A program made the translations under genes and the position numbers. A DNA stretch of 63,900 bases, filler included, from Globobulimina sp. (Eukaryota): NCBI GenBank assembly GCA_003354225.1. It is 51 parts of 51 records of this genome, joined end to end, with 100 filler letters (N's around TTAATTAATTAA, not from the genome) between each part and the next. Parts side by side here need not be neighbours in the genome. Positions count along the whole stretch, not along the records: positions 23,857 to 25,011 come from PIVH01022144.1; positions 25,112 to 26,266 come from PIVH01022145.1; positions 26,367 to 27,521 come from PIVH01022146.1; positions 27,622 to 28,776 come from PIVH01022147.1; positions 28,877 to 30,031 come from PIVH01022148.1; positions 30,132 to 31,286 come from PIVH01022149.1; positions 31,387 to 32,541 come from PIVH01022150.1; positions 32,642 to 33,796 come from PIVH01022151.1; 43 more parts are not named here. One strand, written 5' to 3'. The notes below the pieces were generated by a model. That model was not told the DNA's origin and searched no databases. It saw nothing but the letters and a program-made list of their open reading frames with translations. Shown here piece by piece: positions 23,857-37,828 of the stretch. The stretch's first letter is position 1, and every line of letters begins with the position of its first letter.

Positions 23857-25011
23857 GGGCACCGGGTATAAAAGGAGCATTGGCCCATGGTTGACGTTTT
23901 ACTCTCATCATTTAAGGCTACGCCTTCATACCGCAATGGCAATTGCCGTTCACTAAAAGTCATTGTTTGCATTTTTACCGGTTCTGAGTCTGACATAATA
24001 CGCCTATTTTCATCACACATTGGCAAAACCACTTGCTTTGACCGTACAGAATGCAATTGTTCGATGGAAAACTGCCTGGAATTTCCCAGCCTATTCTTAA
24101 TATCGGTGCTCGTTCTTTCGCCGCTGCTCTCCGTTGCTGTTGTTTTTTCATTGTCAGTGTCAGATGACTTTGACATACATTTTTTACAATGTTTCTGAAA
24201 CGTAAAAGATAAATATTGTCGGTTCACAGTGACCATTATAAATATACATAACGCATTAATTACTAAATCGACATTTGCGGCCAGCCATAAATAATGAGAC
24301 AGCTGCGAATTTCTGGCGAGAGCTCTATAAAATAAAAATATCACCGATGAGATACATGACACAGAGCTAAAAACAACATTATATTTAATAATTTTGATGA
24401 CTTCAACTTGCTGCGAATTAATGATTTTATACAAAGGTTGAACAAATACAAAAACAAAGAACATGGAATTAAATACTTCGACGCCGACACTTAAATAAAA
24501 TATCCATGACTGATATCGGTCAAATAAGCAGGCGGTCGGTATTGAGCTTAAATGATTTGTGTGGACGGGCAATCCACGAAAGGTTAACGGACATAAAATG
24601 CAATACAGAATAAAATAGCATGCGATGTAAATAGGTAAAATATATTTGGTCATCACCGGCGGTAAAATTTGAGATTGTGTGGATAATATGCTTGCTTTTG
24701 CACGTTCTAAAAAAAATCCATAACCAAATGTTTTTGCTGCTTCGTGGAATATGACGCAAATACTCATTCCGTATACACAATACATTTCAGGCAAATGGTT
24801 GGAAATATGGTTCAAAAGACATTGGACTGAACATATTGATGCTGTTATATACGCACCATATAAACAGAAATGTTCTCTCTTTTTTTTAAATATATTGTCG
24901 TTGTTTTTCAGTTTCGAGTACCATTTAAATGCACTGCGCTGGATTACCATTAACAAAGTACATGTTATGAAACCTAAGGGAATAAAGGGATATTTTATAA
25001 TTAATTGTTTC
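23857..25011 (-). CDS. Orphan 7TM (GPCR-like) protein
   Basis: About seven hydrophobic segments, GFFLERAK after TM3, VDLVINALCI in last TM, S/T-rich tail. Confidence 0.7.
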
Positions 25012-25111
25012 NNNNNNNNNNNNNNNNNNNNNNNNNNNNNNNNNNNNNNNNNNNNTTAATTAATTAANNNNNNNNNNNNNNNNNNNNNNNNNNNNNNNNN
25101 NNNNNNNNNNN

Positions 25112-26099
25112 TATTTTTGATAATACTTTCAATATTACTGACACATTGCTCCTTGGCCCAATTGAAAGTTTCTTTCGACACTTTATATCTAAATTGTTCT
25201 GTAATAAATATATATATATATATAAAGATACAGTGTACAAAAGTAACAGCACTCACATAACTTAAGCTAAATGGTGGATAATTATCATATAAAAGCATGA
25301 GAACAATGTTTTGGACAATATTAAACATTTTTTGTTTAACAGATTTAGATTGCGGATATTTTTTGAAGAGTTGATCCATAATAAAACTGTCTTCGATATT
25401 TTCAAAATCACTATTTAAATGACTGAGTTCTGTGTACTTGTTTTGTATATAATATATATGATTTATGACAAGTATATAAAAAGTATGATAAGTGCACTTA
25501 ACACCGTCTTCTTTGCTGATCTCAACGAAAGAGCGCGCGATATTGTCTGTTATTTGACGGCTTATTTGATAATTTGGATTGTTTTCACTTATTTGAAATT
25601 GAGCAATATGGATTCTTAATTGACGGGCAAACATGTTTGCCACTTTGTGGATGGGATCAATTGGGATATCATTGCCTGGTAAAGGACCGCCAGCTGTTTG
25701 CGCAACGTTGGCACGGTTTGGATGGATTGGTGGATGCGATGGTTTTGGTACATTCTGTAATAACCAATGACAGAACCAGTCATAGAGATTTCTTTTATTT
25801 GTCTGGTTAAGTGGGCCGAGTAAAGCATCGTAATTTAAACTCTTAACAAATTTATCAATGCCATGGGAATTCTCAAAATCATCTGGTATCCAATCATTGG
25901 TTAAATCTTCATTATCAAATGCTTCTTCTTCATAAAATTGGATAAGAGAATGCATTGCTGCTTTTGTATTTTCTTGACCATAATATTCCTGTAACGGATT
26001 TAACAAATTTTCCAAATCTCTTGCAGCTAAAAGGGACATTGTAACCAAAGAGGATTTTTCAACAAAAAAACCAGAGCTACTTCTTCTGTGAAAACACAT
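25112..26099 (-). CDS. Hypothetical protein (probably spliced)
   Basis: Long ORF with a duplicated acidic motif (DWIPDDFENS / SDFENIEDS). Confidence 0.5.
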
Positions 26100-26760
26100 T
26101 CTCTGCGTTCTCCTTTCAACAAATTTAATAATAATATAATTGTGTGACGATTGATAATAAATTCAAATACTAGTATCAGAATAAAAAGTTTACAAGAGAC
26201 ACAAAAAATTGACTTCTTAAATTAAGTTTCGAAGAAATAAACTTTGCGGAGAAATGCTGCCATATCNNNNNNNNNNNNNNNNNNNNNNNNNNNNNNNNNN
26301 NNNNNNNNNNTTAATTAATTAANNNNNNNNNNNNNNNNNNNNNNNNNNNNNNNNNNNNNNNNNNNNTGACTTTCTCCCTAAGCACATCTTTCTGCATATA
26401 TATATCCATTCTGTTATTGATAGCGTTACATTACCATATCAAACAAACGTACGGACAACTATTGTGATTTGTGAATGCAAAAAATCATCACAACATAAAA
26501 AAATTTACATATATATGGCTTTGTTTTGTTTTATATATAAAACAAACCAAACCAATCACACGCACTTTCTGATAACCACTCAAAACAATCAGACAAAAGT
26601 GAATTCAAACACACACATCGATCAGCTTGTAAATAAACAAAATAATTGAATATAAAGCAAAATAAACAAGCTTGTATTACACATCGATCAGCCATACTGT
26701 TAAATGCGTGCACCATCAGCCCCAAATTTAACAGTAATCAAATGCTTTTCATCGATAATA

Positions 26761-27521
26761 TTAACATCCTCCAATGTTTTCTATATATAACTCATTATCA
26801 TACACAAATAAAACAACAACATTCAAACAACATACATTGGATTGCAGCAATTTTAATTTTGAATAAAAGTGAATATCATTAATATCCGCATCAACACCGG
26901 ATTGCTGTTTATACATTTCTTTTATCGCAGACACTCTCGTATCTTTACCGACTCTCTTGTTCAAAACTATATACTTATCCTGACTGAAAATATTAATTTC
27001 AAAGCTATCATCTTTCTTTGTAACTCCATGAGTATCCTCCTTCTCTTCCATGTTATACTTACTCTGCACTTTCACCATTTTAATTTCTTCGAATATTTTC
27101 TCACATAAATGTTTATTGTTTTTAATACCAAATGCTTGGCCAACATCGTTGCTGCACGTTAATGAGACAATATCTTCTCCAGTACATTCACTTTCATTTT
27201 CAATTTCATATACAATTCGATAATATAATTTATTTGGTAATTTTAAACTGATCAGCCATCGTAATACATCATCAGTGCTCCATTTAATTATTGACTTATT
27301 CATCCACGTTTGCTCATTTTCAAACTCCTCGATCCGTTTCCTTTTCCTTATCAGATCTTGCATAGCATTGTAAATATATGTTTTATCCTAAATAATTGTG
27401 CAAAAAATCAAACGTTTGACACCATTGAATAGCATTTATGCATAAAGCAATACCTTAAAAGCTGTGATACCTAAACGATGTAAATCATCCTTACCCAAAT
27501 CCTGCAAACAAGTACCATCAA
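26761..27521 (-). CDS. Tandem SAM-domain plus ubiquitin-like-domain protein (spliced)
   Basis: DGTCLQDLGKDDLHRLGITAFK|DK; KWSTDDVLRWL..CTGEDI; FEINIF..TRVSAIKEMYKQQSG. Confidence 0.65.
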
Positions 27522-27621
27522 NNNNNNNNNNNNNNNNNNNNNNNNNNNNNNNNNNNNNNNNNNNNTTAATTAATTAANNNNNNNNNNNNNNNNNNNNNNN
27601 NNNNNNNNNNNNNNNNNNNNN

Positions 27622-28604
27622 TGTGTGATCAATAGCTTTCACTATTTGTTGGGAATTAATTGGGCGCTTCAAATTATTTTCCATTTCTTTAGCAAAGCTA
27701 ATATAATAAATATATTGTCTGACCTGTGATCTTTCCATATGTTTGATTGGGTTATGATATGGAATACGTTGTAAATCCTGTTTAACAGTGTCGCCAATCG
27801 TCGAATAAGCACCAAACATTGGGATTAATTGCAACGAACACTTCGGCTCTATTGCTTTAATACATTTCCAACCATGATTTTTTTCAACTTTTCTGGTTGG
27901 TGCTACAGCCATTATATATTTGATCATGTATCATCTTCATGTATCATATTAAACAACTTAACATCTCCGGTTTCTTCCTCGATGTCGATAAGACACGATT
28001 GAATAACGACTGATGTCAATGGTGCCCAAATCTTAGCGAGTTGGGAGATGAATTTATCATTTTTAATTTTTGAATCGAAACCTTCAACATCTATAATCAC
28101 AATGTATTCGATCTTGTATTCGATGCGAATATTATTAGAGGTTCCAGCCATGGATATTCGTGATGGAATTGGCGGTGATATATCAACACCGACTGTGCAA
28201 TGTCGTGCACTTTCTCCAACAGGAAAATGACATCCCTCTTTACATAAAAATAATGATTCTAGACAAGAATTAAATGATTTTCCTTGTTTTTTTTGACCAA
28301 AATTTAATATTACTGCCAATTGTTTGTTTTCCATATCTGGATCGTCATAAAAATCTCTCAAGTCCATTATTTTATTGCCATTCACTGTTAGTTTATTGGT
28401 ATCCATATCGCGTATCATTGTACTCACTGCTTCCTGTCCAAACTGTTTGTCTGCATGACGTTTCTGTATAATCCTGTCGATAGGATGGAAATATGCCAAT
28501 CCCACACAAGTTGTTGCAGCCACACATATGTCTACTGCTCTACGAAGGTTATACTGCTCCGAGTCTACAAGGTTATAATATCTGCTTACTGCTCTACGAA
28601 TCAT
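27622..28604 (-). CDS. GBP/atlastin-like GTPase (frame change at 27924-27927)
   Basis: G1 GQKKQGKS, G2 HCTVGV, G3 IIDVEGF. Confidence 0.75.
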
Positions 28605-28876
28605 CTGTTTACTGGCTTACTTCGTGAAAATCTTAATATCCAGGTGAAAGTAACTAGACATGCTTCAAATAGGTATGATTGATATTCGATAATAATGCAA
28701 TCTTAGTGTTACATTTTGAGTTACTGTTAAACCACAGAAATATTATGGGAAAAAGCAAATCTTTTACCAGAGAGCANNNNNNNNNNNNNNNNNNNNNNNN
28801 NNNNNNNNNNNNNNNNNNNNTTAATTAATTAANNNNNNNNNNNNNNNNNNNNNNNNNNNNNNNNNNNNNNNNNNNN

Positions 28877-29872
28877 GCTGCAATAACAATGGGTGATTTA
28901 ATTGCTTTGAAACATAGAATTTGGATATTTTTTTATGGGCAATTGACGCGCACCATAACTTACAATATGAATGGCAACCTTTACACAGTTGCATGTACCA
29001 ATTATGCGTATAATCCAAATTCAAAAAAACACATAAACAATTTGTAAACGCATCCAATGCCCATAATATTTTTGTCACACTTTTAAACAAAAGATAGTAA
29101 TCTGAGCCATCAAAGCCATCGACAAAATACACGAGCCCTTTTTCAATGGAACCTGCAAATAAATGAATCTGTGTAACACTCACTGAGATTAAACCCAATA
29201 CACAATGTTTTGTAATAACATTTATTAATACTTTTTGTTGTACATTTAAACGATATTTATCCACCGTAAAATCATAGCCGTTTTTGCTTCTTGGGTCAAG
29301 ATCTACGGCGACGTCCATCAACTTCTTAATAAACAAGGAAATCATTGAAATTGATAACATAAAATCAATGAATATTGCACCAATAAACTGGACCATGTCA
29401 ACTAAATTATATCTTTGCTTTGCAACCTCAGTATACAAACAAATAAAGTCCACCGTAACATCAATTATGCGGATTATAAAAAATAAGGTCATGCCAGTAT
29501 ACACAATATAATACACAGCAATTGAGATACCATATTTTGTTTCTCTGAATGCAATTTTTATACGATGACAAATACAAAATACATAAATATGCACTCGAAT
29601 GTATAACAAACTGATGCTGCATTAAATAGATAATAGCATATAAAGTCACATTGAATATTAATGACAGCAAATGACATGGCAGTGGCTGCAAATGCGCAAT
29701 GTAATGTCGATGATATCATACAACCAAAACTAAGTTGAATAAATGTATTGCTGCGATTGCCAAACTTGGATGATTTGTCTTTATGTAACATGCATAATGA
29801 AATAACAAACATAAGTAAACATGAGATGCAACAGAGCCAAAATACAGCTGTCACAAAATAACTGTTTGGCAA
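28877..29872 (-). CDS. Orphan 7TM protein (spliced)
   Basis: Two overlapping hydrophobic ORFs; LFIKKL, ALDAFTNCLCVFL, Y..LC..CH tail. Confidence 0.65.
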
Positions 29873-29976
29873 AGAGTTCCTTGGCTATCTAGGCAGTTTC
29901 CTGAGGATACCCTGAATATGTATTTGTTCGCTGGAGTTGTTTTTGCATGGCAACCCACTTTCGTTGAAACAACGAA

Positions 29977-29977
<1 letters not shown>

Positions 29978-30018
<41 letters not shown>

Positions 30019-30031
30019 TACTACTACTACT
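29978..30031 (+). repeat. CAA/CAG/CTA trinucleotide microsatellite
   Basis: Read directly at contig end. Confidence 0.9.
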
Positions 30032-30260
30032 NNNNNNNNNNNNNNNNNNNNNNNNNNNNNNNNNNNNNNNNNNNNTTAATTAATTAANNNNNNNNNNNNN
30101 NNNNNNNNNNNNNNNNNNNNNNNNNNNNNNNTCTGCAATATCTAATATTTTTGACGATTTGCAGGCAAATATAGTGTGAAACAATATAATTATTGCGGCG
30201 TACATAATGAATTAATGGCCACAAATAAGTATTAAATTGTGATATAGGTTATCGTGGGGA

Positions 30261-30993
30261 TTGTACCATGCACAAGTGTTTGTGGAGCAGACTGTTGAGT
30301 GCAAGGATCACACAGTTTACACGCATCATGACAGCGAATCTAAAATACATTCAATAATTCATACAAATAAAGCGTTACATTGTGGGTTTTGTAATAAACC
30401 ATTTGCGAGAGCATCAAATCTCGATCAACATTTAAGAGTTCATACAGGTAACAACAAATAACTAATAATATAGATAACTACATAACAATATACACAGATT
30501 ATAGACCCTGGAATTGTTCCCATTGTACCAAGACATTTAGGCAAAAACATAGGTCTGTAATGATATGTACATTTATAATATGTATGTACAGTCATGTTTA
30601 TACATATTGCAGTTTGAAAGACCATTTGAGAACTCATACAGGCGAACGACCGTTCAAATGTCCTTTCTGTGTACGCGCATTTAAAGTAAAGGTGTGTTAT
30701 TATAAACTAACCTTATTATGTCTTCTCATAACCTTATTATGTTTGCTAATTGCTAATACAGCATAATTTAGTCACGCATACAAGACTCCATAGTTATGCG
30801 CATATCCTGTACATACGCGTACTGCACGTACATATATATGTATATACATATACAAAACATAGCCGGTGAACGTCCATTTCAATGTAATGCTTGCACAAAA
30901 CGATTCGCTTCAAAGTCATCATTGAATGGTCATATTCGGCAGAAACATCCTTCATTGTGGACAATACAAAAGAATAAGAATAAGAACAGATAA
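30261..30993 (+). CDS. C2H2 zinc-finger protein, four fingers over several short introns
   Basis: CGFC..HLRVHTG; WNCSHC..S|LKDHLRTHTGERPFKCPFC; HNLVTHTRLH; GERPFQCNAC..HIRQKH. Confidence 0.9.
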
Positions 30994-31386
30994 ATGTGTC
31001 TAGTTTTATACCCGTTTGTTTTTATCTCTTCCGAAATTTTATGTCATATATTAATGTGTATATGATAGTCCAAAAATATGTAACTTGTATTTTGTGTATT
31101 TTTTACTTGTCTTTTAAAAATATTTGTAACACCCAAATAAAGTTCGATCTCGATGGACCAAAAGATTTATTAATATTTATATACTATAACAAATATAGAT
31201 GTTTGGTTATTATTTGTTTATATAATTACTTTTTTTCTCCACATGTCTGTTTTTAGATTTTATCATTAAATTTTATTTTGTGGTCTNNNNNNNNNNNNNN
31301 NNNNNNNNNNNNNNNNNNNNNNNNNNNNNNTTAATTAATTAANNNNNNNNNNNNNNNNNNNNNNNNNNNNNNNNNNNNNNNNNNNN

Positions 31387-32541
31387 ACCCTCGGATAACA
31401 GCACGGAACCATGGTGTCTGAAAGTGATCGAGCCGTCGTATCGTAAAAATAAAACTGGCGGCACGGCTAAAAATGATACGCGTTTTGGCAGTTTCACGGA
31501 GGGCGAAGTGGATGAAAAGTTTCAATTTGTTGTGCGTTTCTGGGCTAAAAACAGATATGAATCGTTGCGGATACATTATGTAGATTTGACGGGTACTCCT
31601 TCGGCGAATTTGTATAATTCAGAAGCATATATTTACACTACGCAATGTTATATGGATCGAGCCTGTGGTTTGTGTGGCTATTACAATGGCGAAGCAACGG
31701 ATGACTTTACATATCGGATAGATTACAACAATGCCAGTGATGTATCCGATACTACGCAGTTTGCGGAAATCAGCACAGAGGATGTCGACGATCCGCATAA
31801 TTATGTATCATGGACCAATGCGCAAGAATTTGTGGTAAAATGGGTCAACGCTGATCTATCAGCACAATTACGACCCAATTCTGACACAGTTAAGCAATAA
31901 AAACACATCATACAAACTCTCTCAATTTGTACGTGTACGTATACAAATATACTATAAAGTGTTACGATGCCGCTGCGTATCTAAATTGTACGAGTTTCCC
32001 CTCCCACAATCCACACTTATGTCCAAATTATTGTACCTGCATCAACACCGCAGACAAAATCGTCGAAGTACCCACCAACAACAACGGCAGCAATGTCGGC
32101 ACTTCCTGTCTCTTCGACTTATGCGCTTGTATGGGTGGTCGGACCTGTCCAGACTTGGAAAAACAATACAAAATCTCCAAACATTTCAGCCAGTTGACCC
32201 CACCGCGAACCTGGACCACTTGCGCAGAAATCCTAGCAAATGGCGACGAAAACGAATTGGAAGAGTTCTTCCAATATATCGGCGAAGCGAAGTGTTACCA
32301 CGATGCTGGAGAGTCGCAAGTGTGTTGTTCGGCGAGTGCCTGCCCCAAACCATATACACACGACGGTATCACTGAATATCTCTACCTACCGCCATCATGC
32401 AAGGAAATGACGCCTACTCGCTCCCCTTCCCCTGCACCTACGCAGTCACCCATACCCCGACCCACTCGCTCCCCGTCCCCGGCACCTACCACCGCACCTA
32501 TACCTGCACCGACCTCCTCTCCCACATCAGGCCCAACTAAC
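31387..32541 (+). CDS. von Willebrand D-domain protein with PT/PS mucin-like tail (spliced, partial)
   Basis: ACGLCGYYNGEATDDF, CLFDLCAC and PTRSPSPAPT repeats. Confidence 0.8.
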
Positions 32542-32816
32542 NNNNNNNNNNNNNNNNNNNNNNNNNNNNNNNNNNNNNNNNNNNNTTAATTAATTAANNN
32601 NNNNNNNNNNNNNNNNNNNNNNNNNNNNNNNNNNNNNNNNNAGATGCATTGACTTCATTTTTTGTTGCATTCAATTTGAGCTTGGCAACTGGACTGCGTG
32701 CAATGCAGATTACAGAAAACAAAGTTGAATCAATGATTATGACTGATTTGGTTGAGAACAAAAAGGAGGAGAAGGTTTCAAATGATGTGACAGCAGTTTA
32801 TTATTACGGAGATAAC

Positions 32817-33796
32817 TCACATTGTTGTCGATCTAATACAATACTTATGATCTAAATCAACAATAATATGTCTGACGCCATTCATTTTTTTGGTAACTAT
32901 TGCATATTGTTTACGTTTCCCAACATAAACAGATATACAATAATCAGGATTCTTAGCAACCCCATCATTTGCATATAGTCCCTCTTTATTCGACAACCAG
33001 ACGCCACACAATTCAAAACCAACCATTTCCAAAATCATATCCGTCATATTTCCAAATCCAAATTGTTTCAAAATCTCTCGTTTATCATCATCCATTACTA
33101 CACTTCTTAACACATAGATGTTTTCATCCGTATATCCAACAAACATTTTATCTGAATGCCAACACACGGCCACAAAACATCCATTTCTTGCTTTTCCTCT
33201 CAATCTCCATTCACCAATACATTCCTCACTGTGACCTGTCATAACACTCATATAAATCTCCAAATTTCCTGTCATTTCATTATATGCGCACCAACATTCA
33301 TATTTTCCTGATGGTGATCTACATTGTTATTATATATTATATTTTGATAGCAATATAAAATTATAAATACATACATACTTTGTAGAATTCCCTATTTTTG
33401 GAGTTGCATTAATCACATTCATTTCACCAGTTTCGTCATATTCAAATTTGCGCGTTTCTGCTACATCAAAAAAAGAGATTTTATCGTTATCGATTCGAAG
33501 CTGGTGGATACGAATATGATTACCAATGTTTACTTTGTCCACAATTCTTTGTATTAATTGTCCATTTTGACAGGAATACACATAAAAATTAACATTTTGT
33601 TTTGAATTGTGACCAATAACAAATCTCTCGTCAGGCAAATATTTGTAATATATGGTGTCATGCGCTTCAGGCAAACACCGTGCAAGCAAACATTCAATAA
33701 AATCTGATCCTGTAATATCCATTCCTTTGTCTGTTATGTCAATTGATTTTTTGTGTTTGTCCACATTATCTTTGAGATATCCAATAAGTGTTGGCG
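32817..33796 (-). CDS. Hypothetical beta-rich protein (two exons)
   Basis: Consecutive same-strand ORFs separated by an AT-rich GT..AG segment. Confidence 0.45.
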
Positions 33797-33897
33797 NNNN
33801 NNNNNNNNNNNNNNNNNNNNNNNNNNNNNNNNNNNNNNNNTTAATTAATTAANNNNNNNNNNNNNNNNNNNNNNNNNNNNNNNNNNNNNNNNNNNNA

Positions 33898-34914
33898 TAT
33901 CTCTCAAACCGCACTCAAAGAGTCAAATTTGGTACCAAATTATCGACATCTGCCCCTGTTCCTGTTGGTGTGCCACAGGGGTCCGTACTTGGGCCATTAT
34001 TATTTTTACTATTTGTAAACGACTTGCCCTCTGTTATTCGAAATTGCAAAGTCACTATGTTTGCAGACGACATTCAGTTATGCAAAAGCTATTGTAAAGC
34101 TGATATGTTAATGGCTAGTGAACAACTCCAATCTGACTTAAACTCAGTGGTAACATGGTGCAAACAAAATGGGCTTAAAATCAATCCAGTAAAGACTCAA
34201 ACTATTACCATTGGTACCAGCCAAAATCGAAAGTATCAACATTCGAATCCAATCCTTACCCTATCCGATCATGTATTGGAAAATGTGACCGAAGCCAAAA
34301 ATTTGGGACTTTTACTGGACCAAAATCTTAGCTTCCTGCCCCACCTAAATGCTGTCACAAGAAGATGCAAGCGTGATCTATTTGCTCTAAATCGTATCAA
34401 AAAGTGCATCCCACGAAAGACTCTAGTACATACAATTGAAACTACTATCTTCCCGAAAGCCTATTATGCACCATCCGTCATACAAGCGGCTCCTCCATCT
34501 TATATCAACCAAACTCTCACCCGTGTTGTTAATTTTGGTGCCAAATTGGTTTGTCATCTGAGAAAATTTGACCGGGCTACAGAAGCACGAAAAGAACTAA
34601 AATGGTTGGATGCCAAAACTCACTTGAAATATTGTACGCAAAATATGGCATACAAGATGTTTGTTGAAAAGAACTCTATTGTGGACTTTCATATTAGTAC
34701 ATGTAGACGATCAGTACGTATTAATGCAATGCCAAAATTTCAAATTCCATCATATTCGATCAATGCAGCCAGGAGGGCGTTTAGTTACAGGGCCCCGATG
34801 TTACTTAATGAAGCATGTGAAAACTTGAAAGTTGACATTAATGAACCAATATCTTGTAAAAAATTTAAACTTTTGTTGAAAGAGTTTTACGACAACTTCT
34901 ACCACAGAAGTTGA
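33898..34914 (+). mobile_element. Non-LTR reverse transcriptase C-terminal half (CR1/L2-like)
   Basis: YLSNRTQRV, GVPQGSVLGPLLF..VNDLP, FADD, LKINPVKT, KNLGLLLD. Confidence 0.95.
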
Positions 34915-36719
34915 CCATACAGATCCGGTTGGTACTGGAACTGTTACTGCACGGGCTCAGATAAGTACCTCAGAAGGAGCACCCAAAGCCTTTGATACGT
35001 GCGGGTATTCATCAGCATATTCGGCCATAAACGAACCCACCAATGATCCCGNNNNNNNNNNNNNNNNNNNNNNNNNNNNNNNNNNNNNNNNNNNNTTAAT
35101 TAATTAANNNNNNNNNNNNNNNNNNNNNNNNNNNNNNNNNNNNNNNNNNNNGAATACAATGAACAAAAAAGAAAAGACATTGAACAAGAAAGAAATGAAT
35201 ACAAAAATAATTATGATCCTCGTAGTCGTTCGGGAACCACACACTAGTGGACTTGGTTTTGCACGGGCCCACGACGCAATATTATTTGTTTGTAATTTTT
35301 GTTAATACATAATATTCGTTTGAATAATATTTAGAATGATTAATAATGGTTGATTTGAACATTGGATTTGCATAACGATTGTGCATTGAATTGGAAATAA
35401 TATCGAATTAGATTTGTTGATATATTGGATTAATTACTGAATTTGTTATTGACTTTTATTGCATCTGTTACTGAATTTGATTATTTACATTTGATTTGTA
35501 TAAGCACATACACCGCCCTTTATTTTTAATATTAATATCAATATCCGTTTATATGACGCCATTCGTTTTCGTGATATTATCCATCGAATTTTATTGCTTA
35601 ACTGACAGAATATTTATGTCCGATTCATTAGAGTCATATGTATCCATTTCATCGGTTTTTAATGCATTTATTTCATCAGTTTTATTTCCCATTGATTTTA
35701 ATATCTATATCTTGTCATCAATTCTTCATCGACTATTTATCAAATTCTAATCTACCACAAACGCGTCCATTTGGTATTAATTCTGTTCTTTCATTGCTGA
35801 CATTTAACGCGTTATTGTCGATCACTGGCTGTGGTGGTTGTTGATTGTGCATGTGATGGTATATCAAGAAGAAATAAATATAAATATAAATTATTAAATA
35901 TATTTTGATGGCATTCTTGGCCAAAATAAGCCGCTTCTGCTTGCTTATTATTCATATGGAAATTGATACGATTTATTTTATGTATCTGATTTATTTTACG
36001 TCTTTTGTATTCGTATTCTGTATCGGATTAAATCTGATTTAAACGTGCATTGGTTGGTACTTGATGTTAACGGACATAACCGGATGATAACGAACATTAT
36101 CATATGAACATGGTGGAATTGTACAGTATTTCATGGCAGACATGCATTTACTTATCAAGGCCACAACTTATTTAACTCAATACAACTTTATATATTGCCG
36201 AGTACAGTTTATGTTGGTCGAGCGGAGCTCCCTGACGCGTATTAATTTATTGTACAGATTCATATTGATGTACATATACATGGACGGAATAATAGGTACG
36301 GAATAANNNNNNNNNNNNNNNNNNNNNNNNNNNNNNNNNNNNNNNNNNNNTTAATTAATTAANNNNNNNNNNNNNNNNNNNNNNNNNNNNNNNNNNNNNN
36401 NNNNNNAAATATTGTTCCATTGTTTATGATGGCAGTGATGTTGAATAAATATATGAAACTTGTTGATGTAATAAAATTGTAATTAATATAACAATCAAGT
36501 GATTTTCAATCATCTTTTTGTGACATTTTATTCTAAACAAGTTTTTAGTTTTTCAATTGTTATTTGTCACTATTCGCAACGTACAATTCGCAACAATATA
36601 AAATTCGCAACAATATAAAAATATAGAATATATCTGATATTATTTTAATAAATGAATATGTTTAGTGGTTCATATCTGTTTATATTTGTACGAATAATAA
36701 AACCTACAATAAAAAATAG

Positions 36720-37170
36720 AAATGCATCAGGCAACGAATTGAGTCCCAAAAGCAGACTATTATTATCTGGAGGTATTATAAAATATGAATATTACACGTT
36801 TTGTAACTAATCCAGAAGTCAAATATTTGCTTTATTTCTATATATAGATGGATATTACAGTGAAGGTGTAGGAGGAAGAGGAGGTGGAGGATATTACAGT
36901 GAAGGTGGAGGGGGACGAGGAGGATATTACGGTGGTGGTGGATATTACGGTGGTTATGGTGGTCGTGGTAGGCGAATAAGGCGATATGGATATGATGGCA
37001 GAGGAAGTTATGGTTTTGGTAGAGGAGGCTCAGGATATTTTGGTGGATATAAAGGAGATGCTAGTTATGGTGGTTATGGTGGCTCTGGCGGTGGTTATGG
37101 CTACGGGGAAGGTTATATGGGTCATGGCAGTGGCTATGGAATGTATAGACGATGGAATAGATACTCTTGA
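36720..37170 (+). CDS. Gly/Tyr-rich protein (exons 36720-36772, 36848-37170)
   Basis: NASGNELSPKSRLLLSG|DGYYSEGVGGRGGGGYY...GYGMYRRWNRYS*; GT-AG intron in phase. Confidence 0.7.
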
Positions 37171-37289
37171 TTGGATATATATTAATTATGTAGAAATATG
37201 AATTAATTGTTTTATCAAAATTTATTGTTGTTTGTTATTATTGCGTTATTAGAAATAATTCACCATTTAAATGGTCCGAAAACCCAAAA

Positions 37290-37561
37290 TTATGGATCTT
37301 GCATCCATGGAATATCAACACTAAAAATATTCTGTTTGAATTTTGCCTGTTTCTGTTTTTGAGTCCAATGTGTTGCATAATTCAATTCCATGCCAAGCCT
37401 AAACACATTTGACGCAGCTGGGCCGACCAAATAATCCGCCAATCGCAACAACTCAATATCGATTATTACATTCCATAGATCATTGTCATTCATATCGTTT
37501 AAAAACCAGTTCCTTTCCCTCGTTGAACTCCGTTTTGTTTTGGAATTATATATAAAATTCC
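37290..37561 (-). CDS. Alpha-1,6-fucosyltransferase-like (GT23) C-terminus
   Basis: IIDIELLRLADYLVGPAASNVFRLGMEL. Confidence 0.65.
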
Positions 37562-37828
37562 NNNNNNNNNNNNNNNNNNNNNNNNNNNNNNNNNNNNNNN
37601 NNNNNTTAATTAATTAANNNNNNNNNNNNNNNNNNNNNNNNNNNNNNNNNNNNNNNNNNNNGTTGTCACAGTCTTTTCTTCTTTTTCTTCATCAAAACAA
37701 TCATTTTGCATTTGATTCACTGATGGCAATATCTCCAAAGCTATAGCTTCTGCAGATTTAAAGTCCATTGTCGACCACTTAACTCACAAGACCTTATTCG
37801 AAAACTACATCACTTCACAGTCCACCTC

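Noticed and set aside
35152-36306. Short ORFs on both strands
   Set aside because: Stop-riddled with no recognisable motif; no supportable call
36986-37201. Listed ORF MDMMAEEV..
   Set aside because: Alternative-frame shadow of the Gly/Tyr-rich exon
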